From Catajapyx aquilonaris (lineage: Eukaryota), in the NCBI GenBank assembly GCA_000934665.2, contig KZ539105.1, positions 1 to 33,548 of the forward strand: 33,548 nt of DNA. The letters are read 5' to 3'. The stretch's first letter is position 1. Each line of letters opens with the position of its first letter. The notes beneath the pieces were generated by a model. That model made no database searches and had not been told where the DNA came from. It saw only the letters and a list, made by a program, of their open reading frames with translations. Positions 1-11,819 of the stretch are shown here, one piece after another. Position numbers and translations under genes: made by a program.

Positions 1-206
1 GTAAAGTTAGGTCGTAAACACCCTGTATAAAACATTTAATATAAAAGGATCTTATGATTACTGACCATGAACTTTGGCCTACTGCTGCAATCACTGGAGT
101 GGTCAACAACAAGATTTTCCTGCATGGAATGAGAAAAAATAAGGGATTAGAAATGTACCTAATCATTTTGATTGACACTGCACTCCTATTCACCGATAAT
201 ATCTAG

Positions 207-214
207 TATATAAA
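207..214 (+). promoter_or_regulatory. TATA box of group-7-like gene A
   Basis: TATATAAA about 45 nt upstream of the ATG at 256; AATAAA poly(A) signals follow the stop at 1342 and 1445. Confidence 0.55.
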
Positions 215-255
215 CGTAGTGTCGACAGGACTCTATCTTTTAGCAATCAGCTCCA

Positions 256-1304
256 ATGGCAGCTAACACTTCTCTCCTGTGCTTAGCACTGATTTCTTTC
301 GTGGCTCACCTGGCCACAGGAAGTACACGTGCAATACAACCAAGAGACTTGGAAAAGCCTCTGTTTTTCTACGTCCAGGTAATCTAGTTTTCAACTAAAC
401 TTGTAGAGTTTTAAACCTCTGCAATCATTGCTATCTCAGACATTTTTCATCACGCTATCCATGTGTCCAGTTCACGAAGGGTTAGATTCTTATGGCGTAT
501 TGGGCTCAATAATTATTTCGTGGGTCAGGTTCCAAACAGCAATGTATACGAAGTGTATCAAGCTCCGTCCTCAAGCTCCACCAATGACTACATTGACCAA
601 GTGTTCGACAACATCCGCGAGACAATGCGTGCCAAGGGCATGGAGTCCATGGAAATGCCATCCCACGTCCTACAAATCAAGTAAGACACCATCAACACAT
701 GGACAACTTTCCTCTACTTATAACTAATTTCTATACAGAAAGAAGGTCCTCGGCTTGATCCCCGTCAGCGTAAAGCTGGGTCTGGACAATGGCTACCTCC
801 GTGGAGTGGACACCATCCGTCGGCATGGGGACGCTACCATGCGTACCGACGGACTGGATCTGGTCATCGAGTTGACTGTGGCCATGGAGAATCTTCGGAT
901 GGGCTACGATGTGACTGCCAAGTTGCAAAACCTAGGTCCTCATGTGAGCACATCTGGAACACTGTCATATGCACATGCCGAGGTGCAACTCAGGGTTGAC
1001 GTTATTGGTAGTAAGGTCACTCTGGAGAAGCTCAATGTAAAGGAACTGGGATCAGTCGAAGTCGAGGTTTCTGGACTCCTGGATATCTTCAACTGGATCA
1101 TTGAGTTTGTAAGTAGCAGTAGCAAGTGTTGTGATTTCATTGGAACTCTTATTTAATATCATCTCTCTTGCCTTCTAGGTGTCCGACTTTGTGGCAAGGT
1201 TTACGAAGAATTTTGTAGCAACGATCTTGGAAGGGCCGATCAAGGAACTGTCCCAGAGTGTGATTGACAAATTCCCCTTCCCCCACATCATCCCTGATCA
1301 CTAA
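256..1304 (+). CDS. Secreted group-7 mite allergen (Der p 7)-like lipid-binding protein, paralogue A; 4 exons, ~256 aa
   Basis: Exons 256-378, 529-680, 739-1108, 1179-1304 (771 nt; GT-AG introns, phases 0/2/0). Signal peptide MAANTSLLCLALISFVAHLATG. Family-like segments NDYIDQVFDNI, LDNGYLRGVDTIRRHGD, LEKLNVKELGSVEVEVSGL and FNWIIEFVSDFVA. Aligns collinearly with the opposite-strand paralogue. The family call is from motif recall; the exon 1/2 boundary is the least certain. Confidence 0.8.
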
Positions 1305-1906
1305 GCACTGCCAAACTCTACAACATTGTCATGACCTGAGCAATAAACCCTCATTTAAAAAAATGATGTGTATTTACATATTTATAAAACGAACCGCTGT
1401 GTGTGCCTTGCCTGCCTTGCATAGCTCTGTGTTCATCGTTTCACAATAAATTGTGTAGTGCCTGATAATATATTGGTACAAAATTCCTTCAAGTTTATAC
1501 ATGTGACAGCCTGAACTGCTCAGGCCAAATGCCCATCATGCACCAAGACTATAGACTAAAACATCAAGTGACATGCTCGTACATTTGTGCAAGGTTGGAC
1601 AGCAGAACGAACAAGAGCCCTTCATTTTAGAAAAGAGTCAGCGAAAAATCTTCTTTCTGAGGCATCTGATGGAATATTTCCAGTAATTTCTGATGAATGT
1701 GGGGCTTTGTGACACTCCTCAGGATCATGATTTAATAGTTAAAATTATGACATGTGCATTGACTCCATGTGAAGTCCTGTCAAGTCGAAACATATTTTAG
1801 ATTCCCACTGTACAAATTGCAAAAATGACTAAGTTGATAATCTATACACATTTATTTCAAATCCATATAAAAAATCATAACACATCATCCAGGAGGCATA
1901 TCCATT

Positions 1907-3095
1907 TTACAAGTCAGAACCGATGTCTGGAATTGGAAGTTGGTCGATGATCTTCTGTATCTCAACCTTGAATATTGGGTCTAAAAGCCTTGGCGTACTA
2001 TTCTTCGTCAGTTTTGCAATGAGGTCAGCAAACTTAGTAAAGAAACAGTCAAATTAATTTTCAATAATCAAATGTCGGTGTTTGGGGCACTCTTTTTTTC
2101 TAAAAATTATTAGCTGAAAAATGACCTACCATTTCGGCAAAGTAATTGCCAAATTTGCCCAATCCAGTAATATCAATGCTAACATTCCCAATCTCTGTGA
2201 TGTGGAAGTAAGTCATAGTAACATTGGTCATTTCCTTCACAACCAGCTGAAAATTATAACATGACGTTACAGAAGAAGTGTCTAGTGATGCTAAAAAATA
2301 AGTACAGGAAGGTTCCATATTCATACCGTGCTCTTGGCTGCACATTGGTCCACAGTCCCGGAAACACTTCCTCGCAAGGACTTGCCCATGAACATCAAAA
2401 TTGAGTCATATCCGAGTTTGGCATTTTGGAGACCAGCATTGGTATCAATAGCCATGTCATCTCCAACAGTTCTGATATTGCAGTCTCCTGTCCTATGGAT
2501 TGAATCCAGTCCTCGAATATACCCATTCTGCAGACCAAATTTGCCTGAAAATGTTACTCCCAAGATCGTCTTCCTGCAAAACGCCACACCAAACCAGTTA
2601 ATCATATATCACTGAACTTCTTCACAAAATTTATGCAGTTATTAATAACGATCAACTTACTTGAACTGAAAGACTTTGTCAGGAAGAGGATATTCATTCA
2701 GTCCGGTTTGGTCCATGTATATCTTCAATTTCTCGAACACCTCATCCATGTATTGATCTGCATTTCCACTGTTTGGTTCGCCCATAATTTCAAAAGTTTC
2801 GATTCCATTATCAGAGGGTATCTAAATTTATATTGTTGCATACAGTTAGATCTCTCATTCCATTATTTATCCTTACAAAAAAATTATAATTCACATAATT
2901 ATATTACCTGCTTGTATGTGTATTTTGGGACTGATGCCTTTGGAAGCCCATTATGTCCAACAGCTATTCAAAATATGCAGATTAAGGATTTGAAAAAAGT
3001 TTACAAATAAAAAGATGCAAATGTGACTCACTTAAACTGCAGGACAGTTGTGCAAAAACAGCCAGGAAGAGAAATGCAATTGTGTACGACTCCAT
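1907..3095 (-). CDS. Secreted group-7 mite allergen (Der p 7)-like lipid-binding protein, paralogue B; 6 exons, ~256 aa
   Basis: Exons 3095-3032, 2963-2908, 2821-2661, 2573-2327, 2246-2130, 2032-1907 (771 nt; phases 1/0/2/0/0). Signal peptide MESYTIAFLFLAVFAQLSCS. Segments DQYMDEVFEKL, LQNGYIRGLDSIHRTGD and FHITEIGNVSIDITGLG match paralogue A. Minus-strand AATAAA at 1851-1856. Confidence 0.82.
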
Positions 3096-3142
3096 GGTGA
3101 CCTAGTGACTACGTCTACCTTATTGAAACACTAGTTCTTTAT

Positions 3143-3593
3143 TTTTATAGCAATATTTATCACTCTGCTGATAATCACTTAAGTACCTTGTGATTGTTTT
3201 TTTGCAATGGCATTATGTAAATGACTAAATAACAGCTCATGATACTTTTTATCACCAATTTAAGTAGGTAGGGTAACCTGTCACTAAACACTTGACCGCA
3301 GATATGAAACTTCTAGTTCCTCATTCACTGCAAGTCCATTTAGAACAAATCTTGAGGTGAACCAGGATCTCCATCAGACTCTTGTTTGCCCTTGGATACG
3401 TCTTTATCATGAAAATGCCACTCTTACATCATTTGATTAAAGACAAATCGGCAAAACAGAGTTCATACTTCACTCTTTTCTCGTCTTTATCAAGGGCACC
3501 TGCGTCAAAGAGTCGATTTGTGGAGCAATCATGAGATTACGACTTTGTCAACATTACTGATAAAGAAGCACTAAGTAGTAAGAAAAATTATCA
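3143..3593 (-). promoter_or_regulatory. TATA box plus cluster of GATA sites upstream of group-7-like gene B
   Basis: Minus-strand TATAAAA at 3143-3149; TGATAA/TTATCA hexamers at 3157, 3169, 3249, 3404, 3487, 3558 and 3588. Confidence 0.55.
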
Positions 3594-6294
3594 TCAAGAC
3601 AAGATGCAGTAACAGACACATATTCTATATGGAATATCATATCCATCAGTTTTATTAAAATATGGCTTTATTACAATCAACTATACACCTAATCAATAGC
3701 ACACAGTGCCATCGATTCCTCCAAGCACTTTTAGAGTTTGTCTCTCCTGTGCGCCACCACTGACTGTAATTCTTATCTTGATTGAAAGTGACACAAGTCA
3801 CTACTTGTGTGCGTGTGAGCAGGTTCAATGCATTCGCCTCAAGCACAGCAGAATTTCACTGGTAGCAATTTGCCCTTTCATCTCACTCCTTTAGGATGTG
3901 TATGAAAGAGAGACCGGGTCAAGTAAAATGCACAATTAATATGGTCCACAGGCAGGCATACAATTCGGATGGCCATTATCTGTCGATCATCACATTGCAC
4001 AAAGTGAGATAGCCCATGCAATCACTGGCCAACAGACTGCAGCAGCCAGACTGGTGGCAAAATGCATGTGTTTGATTGGTCTATCTACCTGCTTGCACAG
4101 TGGGGAAAAAAAGAAAATGCCACACTTGACGCTACCTCATCCTGGACTTGTGGGAGCTGACAAGTCACTTGCGGTATCGCCCAATTAACAACAGTTCCCT
4201 CATTAGTGACATGTAACACTCACACAAAACCCCAACTTCTGCACAAGTGACATGCTATTCCACATTATGTACGGTGCTGCAGAAATCCTCAACCACTTAC
4301 AAAACCGATTAAGCCTCAACTGACATGACATGCACGGGCGTTAAAACTAATAAGCCTCTCCCTACTTCATGAAGCATTCCAGTCCAACTATGTATTAATT
4401 AAAACGCAATCTATGGTTAACAAAAGAGTATTAAACAAATCTTGATAGTAAACTGTTACACATTGGCCAGATTTCCTGACCAATCCCTCTGCAGTCTCAT
4501 TATTCAACACTGGTGCTGTTACATTATCATAAATACATGTAGTCACTCCTTACAAGCATTTTCACATCATACTATGAATTTACCTTCTCTCACTTGACTA
4601 GACTATTCAGAGCAGAGAAAAAACCAGCAGGTGATTGTTAAACTAAATATAAATGCATTTACTATTGAAAGGGTCCACAAATATACACCTGACATGTTAC
4701 TTATTTAGTCTGTCCGCCAAATTTGTTTACAGTTGCCAATATGTAAGTACTTTTCAATTGCAAAAACTTCCACTAATATTACATTGCTTCTGTTGAGGAG
4801 GCACAGTCTATAATGTCAGCAATCGAGTTAATGTGGAAAAAGGAAAAGTATTACTATTTGGCTTTAAAAAATTCTTGGGAGAGAAGCAGAATGAAAATTA
4901 CTGATTTGATTATAAAAACTTCAACTAATTAGCTAAATAAATCATGCCAGTGTTGTATGTAACATCCAGTGCCACAATAATAGTTAGCAAACTGAATGGA
5001 ATTAAGGTAAATGGTAATAACAATAATAATACATAGTAGTAAAGCAAGATCAAAAATAAACTGCTTTAGATGAGATCATTAGTAAACTAATATAAGGTAG
5101 TGCCCATCTCTAACTTCTTAAAAGTCACTCATTCTTGTTACTTGTAAAATCACTCTCCAGTATGTTATTTTAAACCATTAATAAACATTTTAAATAATTA
5201 CACCCTGTCTCTAGCAAAGGGTGTGAATAGGCACATGATTACGCAAGTCAGCATGGATGCACACGATGGTCAATCACTGAATCTGCAGGCTCTCTCACTA
5301 CTTGGGTGCACACGTGCTTTCAGCTGGCCTTCTACACATTCCACGCTGACACTGATTCAGGTATTTACTTTTGTCGCATTTTTCAAGACTGCTAACTTGG
5401 TCTTGACTACAAAGTCATGTGCAGTGATATACTTCTAGGTACTGCTAGGCATAATTCAGTTTATATTCATCGTGATTTTGGCACTTTGCTATTTTGATAT
5501 TAGAACAGACTTGACAGTTACGCTGGCATTAATGCGCAGTCCACAAATTAATGATTGACCTTCGCATATCACTGAGTGATGGTTCAGGTTAATAGTCAAA
5601 ATGAACTATGATAACAAATCATTATAAAGAACATACACCTTAACGACATAAACTAAGAGTGAGAGCAAACACAAGTCATCAAAGAACGGGTTCCATATGC
5701 TGGACAAATGAAACAGGAATCATGAGTATTTTGGCAGCTCATTGTGTCAATAAACACAGCGTCAGTCCTTGGGTCCCAAGCAAAAACTTGCAATTGTTCC
5801 TCATTCAATTTCCTCACTTTTTATCTGACTTATCCTTCAATGATAACTCTCCATTCACCCTCTAGTCTTGCTTCATAAACTCTTTGGCAACATATTATTG
5901 TGAAGTCCACAGTCTCAGGGTTGGAAACGCCTCAATTGAAGCTAGAGGCCAGGCCTCCATCCAAAGATTCTAATTATAGTCAAGCTATTTTGAGGTCACT
6001 GGCATGGCATTGCTGTGATATCATGACAACTTGATCCACACACATTGGACTTTTGCCTCTTATGCTCGTTAGAAAGGTACCAAACGTTAAATCCTAACAT
6101 TGTAAACATCCTGACTCTAAAAAGCTCAACAATATTTTCTCCTTTTATCCCCAAGAAAAATGGCATTCAGGATATATAACCTATGTACAGATCACTGGAC
6201 GGCTATCACCCTCTTTTTCCTAAAATAAAAATTTGTCTTTTGTTGTAGCGCTTGTGTTTCCAACCCCGAGACCTGGCAAAAATTTATCTGGAAA

Positions 6295-8351
6295 TCAATC
6301 GAGATCTTCCCAACTGAAATGCTCTCCAGGAAGTTCTCCCAAGTGTTGAAAGCGTTCCTTGAAGTTTGGATCCTTCTCTTTGAGAGCTCTGAACCGCTCT
6401 TGGAGTAATCCCTCTGCAAATTCATACAATTCCAAATCCAAGGAATTGAGCTGCCTGATCCTGCCTAACAGCTGGGGTGAGAGAGCCCCCATGGTGTGGC
6501 TGGAGTAGGTGGCATTGTACTGCTCAAATGGCACCCTGAACCTTAAGTTGAAGGTTTGCTCAAATACATACTGGGAAACCTGCTGGTGCTCCGTCAGACC
6601 GAAAAAGGCCATGGAGGCGAGGTTTCGCTTAGCACTGGCCAGCATCACACGTCTCCGCTCCTTCTCATCCATATAGCTGCGATTGTAGCAGCCCACTAGG
6701 GTCAGATCAGCCAGCATGCGAGTCTGGCGGTCCGCAGCAAGGTTCCACTCGCAGCCAACAAACTCCTCCAGGGTCACCCCTTCCCAGGTGTCCCCTTCAT
6801 AGCAGGTGGGCATGTCCTCGTCTGTGGCCTCCCGTCCACCACACCAGTGACGAGAATTTTTCCAAGTAGCACCACGCTGAACATGGCGGAACTCAGAGAG
6901 GTACCGGTTCACAGGCTCACGGAGCAGGCTTATGTAAAAGTATCTGAAAATCAATGGCATTTCATTACAAAACTTTATACTTAAAGTACCCATACCTCAC
7001 TTGACTTTGTGGCACAAGGCCCTAGGGGGAGCATGGAGGGAGGGACAGAGATCTATTTTCATTCCCACTTGACAACACTTTGCTTCCCCAAATGACCTAC
7101 TTCAGTTGAATATGAAGAAAATTTCATTGTATGCCATTATTTTAACAAATCTGACAAGATTTCTAAAGTAGAGGTAAGTGCAGTTTTCGGGCTATCTTGG
7201 TGGGCTGCAAGCAGATTTAATAATTACATTCTTAATTGGGGTTTTACTAGTGAATGAGAATTTCCATTTTAGGACCTGCCAATAAAGTACAGGGGGTGTA
7301 GGCTGACTCCAGTGTGACACAGGGTCACTTGTGGATGAGGTTTTTTAAAAAGGGGACAACGCACTTAAAATACCTAGCCAAACACAGCTCTGCCGTCAGT
7401 TGTAAGAAGACCGTAACTCAAAAACTAGTACGGGCGAAAGTCGCATGCATGCCGTGCACTAATCCACCACGGCTCAGAGGGGATTAGTGCAGGGCGTGCA
7501 TGCGACTTTCGCCCTCACTAGTTGTTGAGTTACGGTCTTCTTACATCTGACGGCAGAGCTGTTGTACTTTCTGAAGCTGAGGTCTAGACTCTAGAGGAAC
7601 ATGGGAATAAGTATGTATAAACCACGTAGGTCATCATGACATGCTTTATGAATGACCCTGATGGGTAAGTAGCCAATGTTGGACACAAGATGCCCCATGC
7701 TAACTGTAAGTGGGCCACAGTTGAAAGAGTTTTAGGAGCTCTGCTCTAATGCATTCTGCCATGAAGCAAGTATAGGCTAGCAGTAAAAATACTTTGGCTT
7801 AGTGGTTCTGCATCTGAATGGGTGTGACCTCCTACCTCTCCAAGAGTTCAAACCCTGCATCAAATTAAGGACTGCAAAAAATTCTTTCTATGGAATAAGA
7901 ATAAGGTAATTTTACTGCCATCTTACCAAATATACATTGTACTCATATAAACCAGTCGATCACCCTACAAAAACCTATCATACAAGCTGGTGGACTCCAC
8001 AAGCTAATGGTCCAAAATGTTGGAAAATGTGGCACTGCCATGATGTAAGCAAAGTATGTATTCAACGCCAGTCCCAGGTGGTGATTTTCAAGTCTGCGGA
8101 TCCCTATAATACTGTTTTTCGAATTATTTACTTTGCTTCCAATGCCAGGAGGGCCCAATCCATCATTGCACCCATTTCCTGCCATCCAGGGTTGTTGGTC
8201 AGTGTACCACCCTGTACATGCATTATGTAACAAACAATTATTAGGATCAATTGTGCCACAATATATAAATGCAAATAAGCATTTGATTCCACTTCAAGGG
8301 TGGATGGCAAAAAACACTGCATTAGTTTCAGGAATTGAAGTAATGAAGTAC

Positions 8352-8383
<32 letters not shown>

Positions 8384-10186
8384 CTGAGCAATCCATTAGG
8401 GGAGTCTGGATGGATAATACGGTCACGCCTAGATCCTATTCCCCAATCATACCTATTACCAATAAAATGCCTATCCTGTGTTATCCCAACACTCATTACC
8501 ACGCAACAAAACATCAACGACCTTAATAAGAAATTGCAATCCCAGCAAATTCTACGGGTACGGTCTCTGATCCCTCCAGCAGAAGTTTGCTGACACACCA
8601 CCATTCCCATGCGGCCATCCTTTGTTGCTGTCAGCGGGATGGGCCTTCAGAGAGTGTCACACAATATCATTGACCTCTATCGTAACAAAATTCTGCTGAG
8701 CATCTGGATGCCAACACCCAGGTTTTGCCATCCAGAGCCAGTATTTAAATCAATCACTCAGAGGCCTACGTGAGTCTGCAGTCTAGAGCAGAAGAAGCAC
8801 TTTCATTCACAAAGCCAGCAGTGTGGTTTTGTCGCCAGGTAGGGCCTTTGGCCCACCATTTGTGGCATGTCACATCTGACTAAACATTTTCGGACATTGA
8901 AATTTCTGATCAAGGATTCTCAACCTGTACTGTATTTTTCTTGGGATAGCAATCAAGCTACCAGCATTTATCACATGACAAGCTACGACAGCCATGTAGG
9001 AGCACATGCTGGGTCACAGAATCCTATTTCTGTCATTGGCCTTGATTTACTCTCCAAATGCTTATTGAAGCTAAGACACTTGCAATACATTATAAAAGTT
9101 TCGGCCCAATCCCTAATGTTAATTTTTCCATCCAATAATACAATTTCCAAGCAATTTAATGCATTTGACGTCTTTTGGCTGATCTGGTAAAGGTTACAGG
9201 TCAAGGTAAGCCAATAATAACTAGAAATAACTGAAGAAATTTCTGATACAGCTACAAAAATGGGCCAAAAGGGAGAGGTCGAGTATTTCTTTATTTTGGA
9301 GGTATGTTTGATTGGGAAGGAACCAAAGCCATCTGGCTAACTGTGCACGCATCAGCCATGCGTCCGTATGAGGCGCTCGGACCGGATTCCCCCTCACGTG
9401 CCGCCAATCCAATTCCCCCCACCCTCCCTTCATGCAGAGGAAAGAAAACAAGCTCAACCTCCTCTTGATGGAATCCCCTTCCGCCTTGTCAAGCTCCTCG
9501 TCCACGCAGTTGGTCAACTCTGTCCAGTCCGCATGGAGCCCACACTTCCACCCTGTGGAGTACCGGCTGAAGAGCCAGTTCTCCTTCCGATTGGGTCTGA
9601 AGCAGTCGCACCGCTTCCTCCGCCTGTGACACACGCAAGGCCTCTCCAGGTCCAAGTCCAGGACCAGGTGCCTCCCAAACGTGGTCCCCCCAGTCTTCTG
9701 TATATGCAGGAAGACCATGACATCGTGCCCCTTCAGATCAAAGTGGAAGTCTTCATCCTGCACCTGGATGTAGCTCAGCACGGTCAGGGGCGACCGCTTG
9801 GAGTGGACCGGATGTGACAGGAATGACACCGGCCGGCCCATGTTGTCCTTGATGGGCATCTTGGCCCCGAACCCCACCAACGCCATGCTCCATGGCCTGT
9901 CCAGCCCTGCCTTGGAGCTGGACAGTGCGCAGACCGCATCGGGGCAGAAGTACCCGACGTAGAGCACCCCAGAGAGGGTGAGCAGCACGCAGAAGAGGAC
10001 CAGGATGAGGTACCGGTGGCTCCCCGGCGTGGCAGCGCTCCCTCCGCCGGCTGTCATCTGGCTGGTGTCCTGCAGCAGCTTGTTCCTGTGCAGCAGGAGG
10101 GGTGTCCCCAGTGTGGCCGTGTGGAGGGAGGAGGAGCCCGATGCCAGGTCGGACTCGTACACTTGCACCTCCACACTGGAAGCCAT
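6295..10186 (-). CDS. HS6ST: Heparan-sulfate 6-O-sulfotransferase; 2 coding exons, ~458 aa
   Basis: Exons 10186-9459 and 6943-6295 (phase-2 intron, AG|gttgag...ttttcag|A). Type II TM anchor YLILVLFCVLLTLSGVLYVGYFCP, 5'-PSB motif FLHIQKTGGTTFG, WLFSRYSTGWKCGLHADWTELTNC, 3'-PB motif LLREPVNRYLSEFRHVQRGATW, LAADRQTRMLADL. The start was placed at MASSVEV (AAGATGG context). Confidence 0.95.
7384..7562. mobile_element. Fold-back (hairpin) MITE-like element, family X, copy 1 (HS6ST intron)
   Basis: Arms of ~80 bp (ACAGCTCTGCCGTCAG...TGCACTAATCC / GGATTAGTGCA...CTGACGGCAGAGCTGT) around a ~15-nt loop. Homologous to 20228-20393. No clear TSD. Confidence 0.8.
7795..7855 (+). repeat. Degenerate tRNA-like Pol III promoter (possible SINE head remnant)
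   Basis: A-box-like TGGCTTAGTGG (7795-7805) and B-box-like GTTCAAACCC (7846-7855) at plausible spacing. No cloverleaf, tail or TSD seen. Confidence 0.35.
8352..8381. repeat. (CAT)10 microsatellite
   Basis: Read directly; explains the poly-H and poly-D runs in the ORF track. Confidence 0.95.
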
Positions 10187-10458
10187 CTTTGTTGTGCCAG
10201 CAGACAGACGCGGGGGAGGGCTGGGGAGGGCGGTGGGGAGGGAGGGATTGGGGNGGGGAAGAGAAACAAGGACTGCGCATGTCTGGTAGGGAGTGCACGG
10301 GGTGACCACGAGAGGCGCTTTTACAAGCCAAAACATTGGCAAGCAGCAGACGTGGAATCGTGTATCACCAGTCGGTCAACGGGATCTCTTCAATTTCGAG
10401 AGGACAAGGGCAGCGTCCCTGCAGGTGAAGAGCGACGTAGAGCAGCCAGAGGTAGTAC
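10187..10458. promoter_or_regulatory. Short divergent region shared by HS6ST and TMEM256 (likely bidirectional promoter and 5'UTRs)
   Basis: Only 272 bp between opposite-facing start codons; GC/CpG-rich; G-run tract at 10212-10258. Confidence 0.6.
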
Positions 10459-11180
10459 ATGGGACTCCAGGACACCTTCTACAATGCACTGGACAGCATG
10501 AACGCCGCCATCAGGTCGGCCTACGTCTGGAACTGCTTCGTAAGTCACACCATTGCTCTCATTACACAACATGCAGCCCCATTATACGAAGACCATAGTA
10601 CATGCTGTTAATTGTCCCTTTAATTCCAGCCTTGGCAGTCCAAAGAGACAGCAGCACCTGCGAAACCTATAGCCGTGCCAACATCAGGAGGACCTGCAAT
10701 GAACAGGATTGTGAGCAAGGGGAACATGTACCTTCGCCTGGCAGGCATATCCGGAGCCATGGCTGTGGCCCTTGGGGCGTACGGAGCTCATGGTGGGTGC
10801 CACTCTTTCAGTTTTGCTGGTGGGCTAGCTGTACCAGTCTTGTTCCCTTGCAGTTTTCTATCAGAAGGAGATTTCAGAAGAGCGAAGATTGGTGTTTGAA
10901 ACCGCAAATCGCTACCACTTCTTCCACACACTGGCGCTGTTGGCTGTACCTTTAGCACGGCGACCATTACTAGTAAGTATGCGTCAGCTGCTGTTGGATT
11001 CCCCTTGCTCAAGATGTGCTTTGCTTATTTTTTCAGTGTGGCACCCTTTTACTGGCTGGGATGACCGTATTCTGCGGGACCTGTTACCACTTTGCTCTCA
11101 CAGGGGATAAGCGATTTCGGACATTCACGCCACAGGGGGGAATGCTGCTTATTGCAGGGTGGCTTGCATTTGTTGTGTAA
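10459..11180 (+). CDS. TMEM256: Transmembrane protein 256 homologue (DUF423 family); 4 exons, ~168 aa
   Basis: Exons 10459-10539, 10630-10792, 10854-10972, 11037-11180 (507 nt; phases 0/1/0). Hallmarks LRLAGISGAMAVALGAYGAH, FETANRYHFFHTLALLAVP and FCGTCY...TPQGGMLLIAGWL. The first exon is less certain than the rest. Confidence 0.9.
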
Positions 11181-11239
11181 CATACTTGCATGTAAAGTGA
11201 CACATCACACAAGTTTAAAAAAACAGGCTAATCGCTGTA

Positions 11240-11755
11240 CAGTGGTGCCTCGTACTTGGGACTTACAGGAGGTCGTTTGACACTGACTGAGTTGTTCAAA
11301 GTCAGAATCTGTTTTTTTCATAAGAAGACATGGAAAGTGAATTAATCTGTTCCCAGACCCTAAAGCAAGGTTCTTAACCTGGGGTCCATGATGAAGTTTC
11401 AGGGGGGTGTGACATAGAGAAGCTCATGTCCTTGAGCAATGAGAAAGATTACGGTACTGTTTGGGAGTCACCTTCCATCATACTGTACTGAATAGTACAG
11501 TTGTACTTGTATAATTAAAACCAAGCACACCAAAATTAGTGTGATAAGGGCACTGAAAACACAAGAGCAACTCGAGGGATCTTTTACAGCGAGAGAAGAC
11601 TTAGGCCACACAACAGATGGTGTTCACACAGGGAGAGAATTTTTTTTGTTGCACTGTAGTTTGAACTTCGAAGCATCATTCAAACTCCTGATCAAATTTC
11701 TCTTGAATTCTGGGGCGTTCGAAGTTAGGGGCATTCCTAGTACGAGGTTCCACTG
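11240..11755. mobile_element. Tc1/mariner-superfamily (Tigger/pogo-like) MITE
   Basis: TA|CAGTGGTGCCTCGTACT ... AGTACGAGGTTCCACTG|TA: TIRs with a TA target duplication. Internal segment CATAAGAAGACATGGAAAGTGAATTAATCTGTTCC resembles Tigger-type MITEs as recalled. Confidence 0.85.
11366..11412 (+). mobile_element. hAT/Charlie-like terminus fragment inside the Tigger-like MITE
   Basis: CAAGGTTCTTAACCTGGGGTCCATG resembles the hAT end CAGGGGTTCTTAACCTGGGGTCCA. No partner end or second TSD found. Confidence 0.4.
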
Positions 11756-11819
11756 TAATTACTTCGAAACTTTCTTCATTGTTGGAAGTGGACCACTTGC
11801 ATAACATTTCACATTCAGT

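Noticed and set aside
323..378. A 56-nt GT...AG intron in group-7-like gene A
   Set aside because: Splicing it leads to a stop within seven codons. Reading through keeps frame and matches the length of paralogue B exon 2.
8128..8610. ORFs with poly-Asp or His-tag-like runs
   Set aside because: They are produced by the (CAT)10 microsatellite in the HS6ST intron.
8590..8660. Hammerhead ribozyme-like motif (minus strand CTGAAG-GCCCATCC...GGATGGCC)
   Set aside because: It lacks the intact CUGANGA and GAAA catalytic core.
9221..10342. 373-aa ORF as the complete HS6ST exon
   Set aside because: It runs past the splice donor at 9458 into intron. Its N-terminal extension starts at TTG and crosses a low-complexity C-rich tract containing an N.
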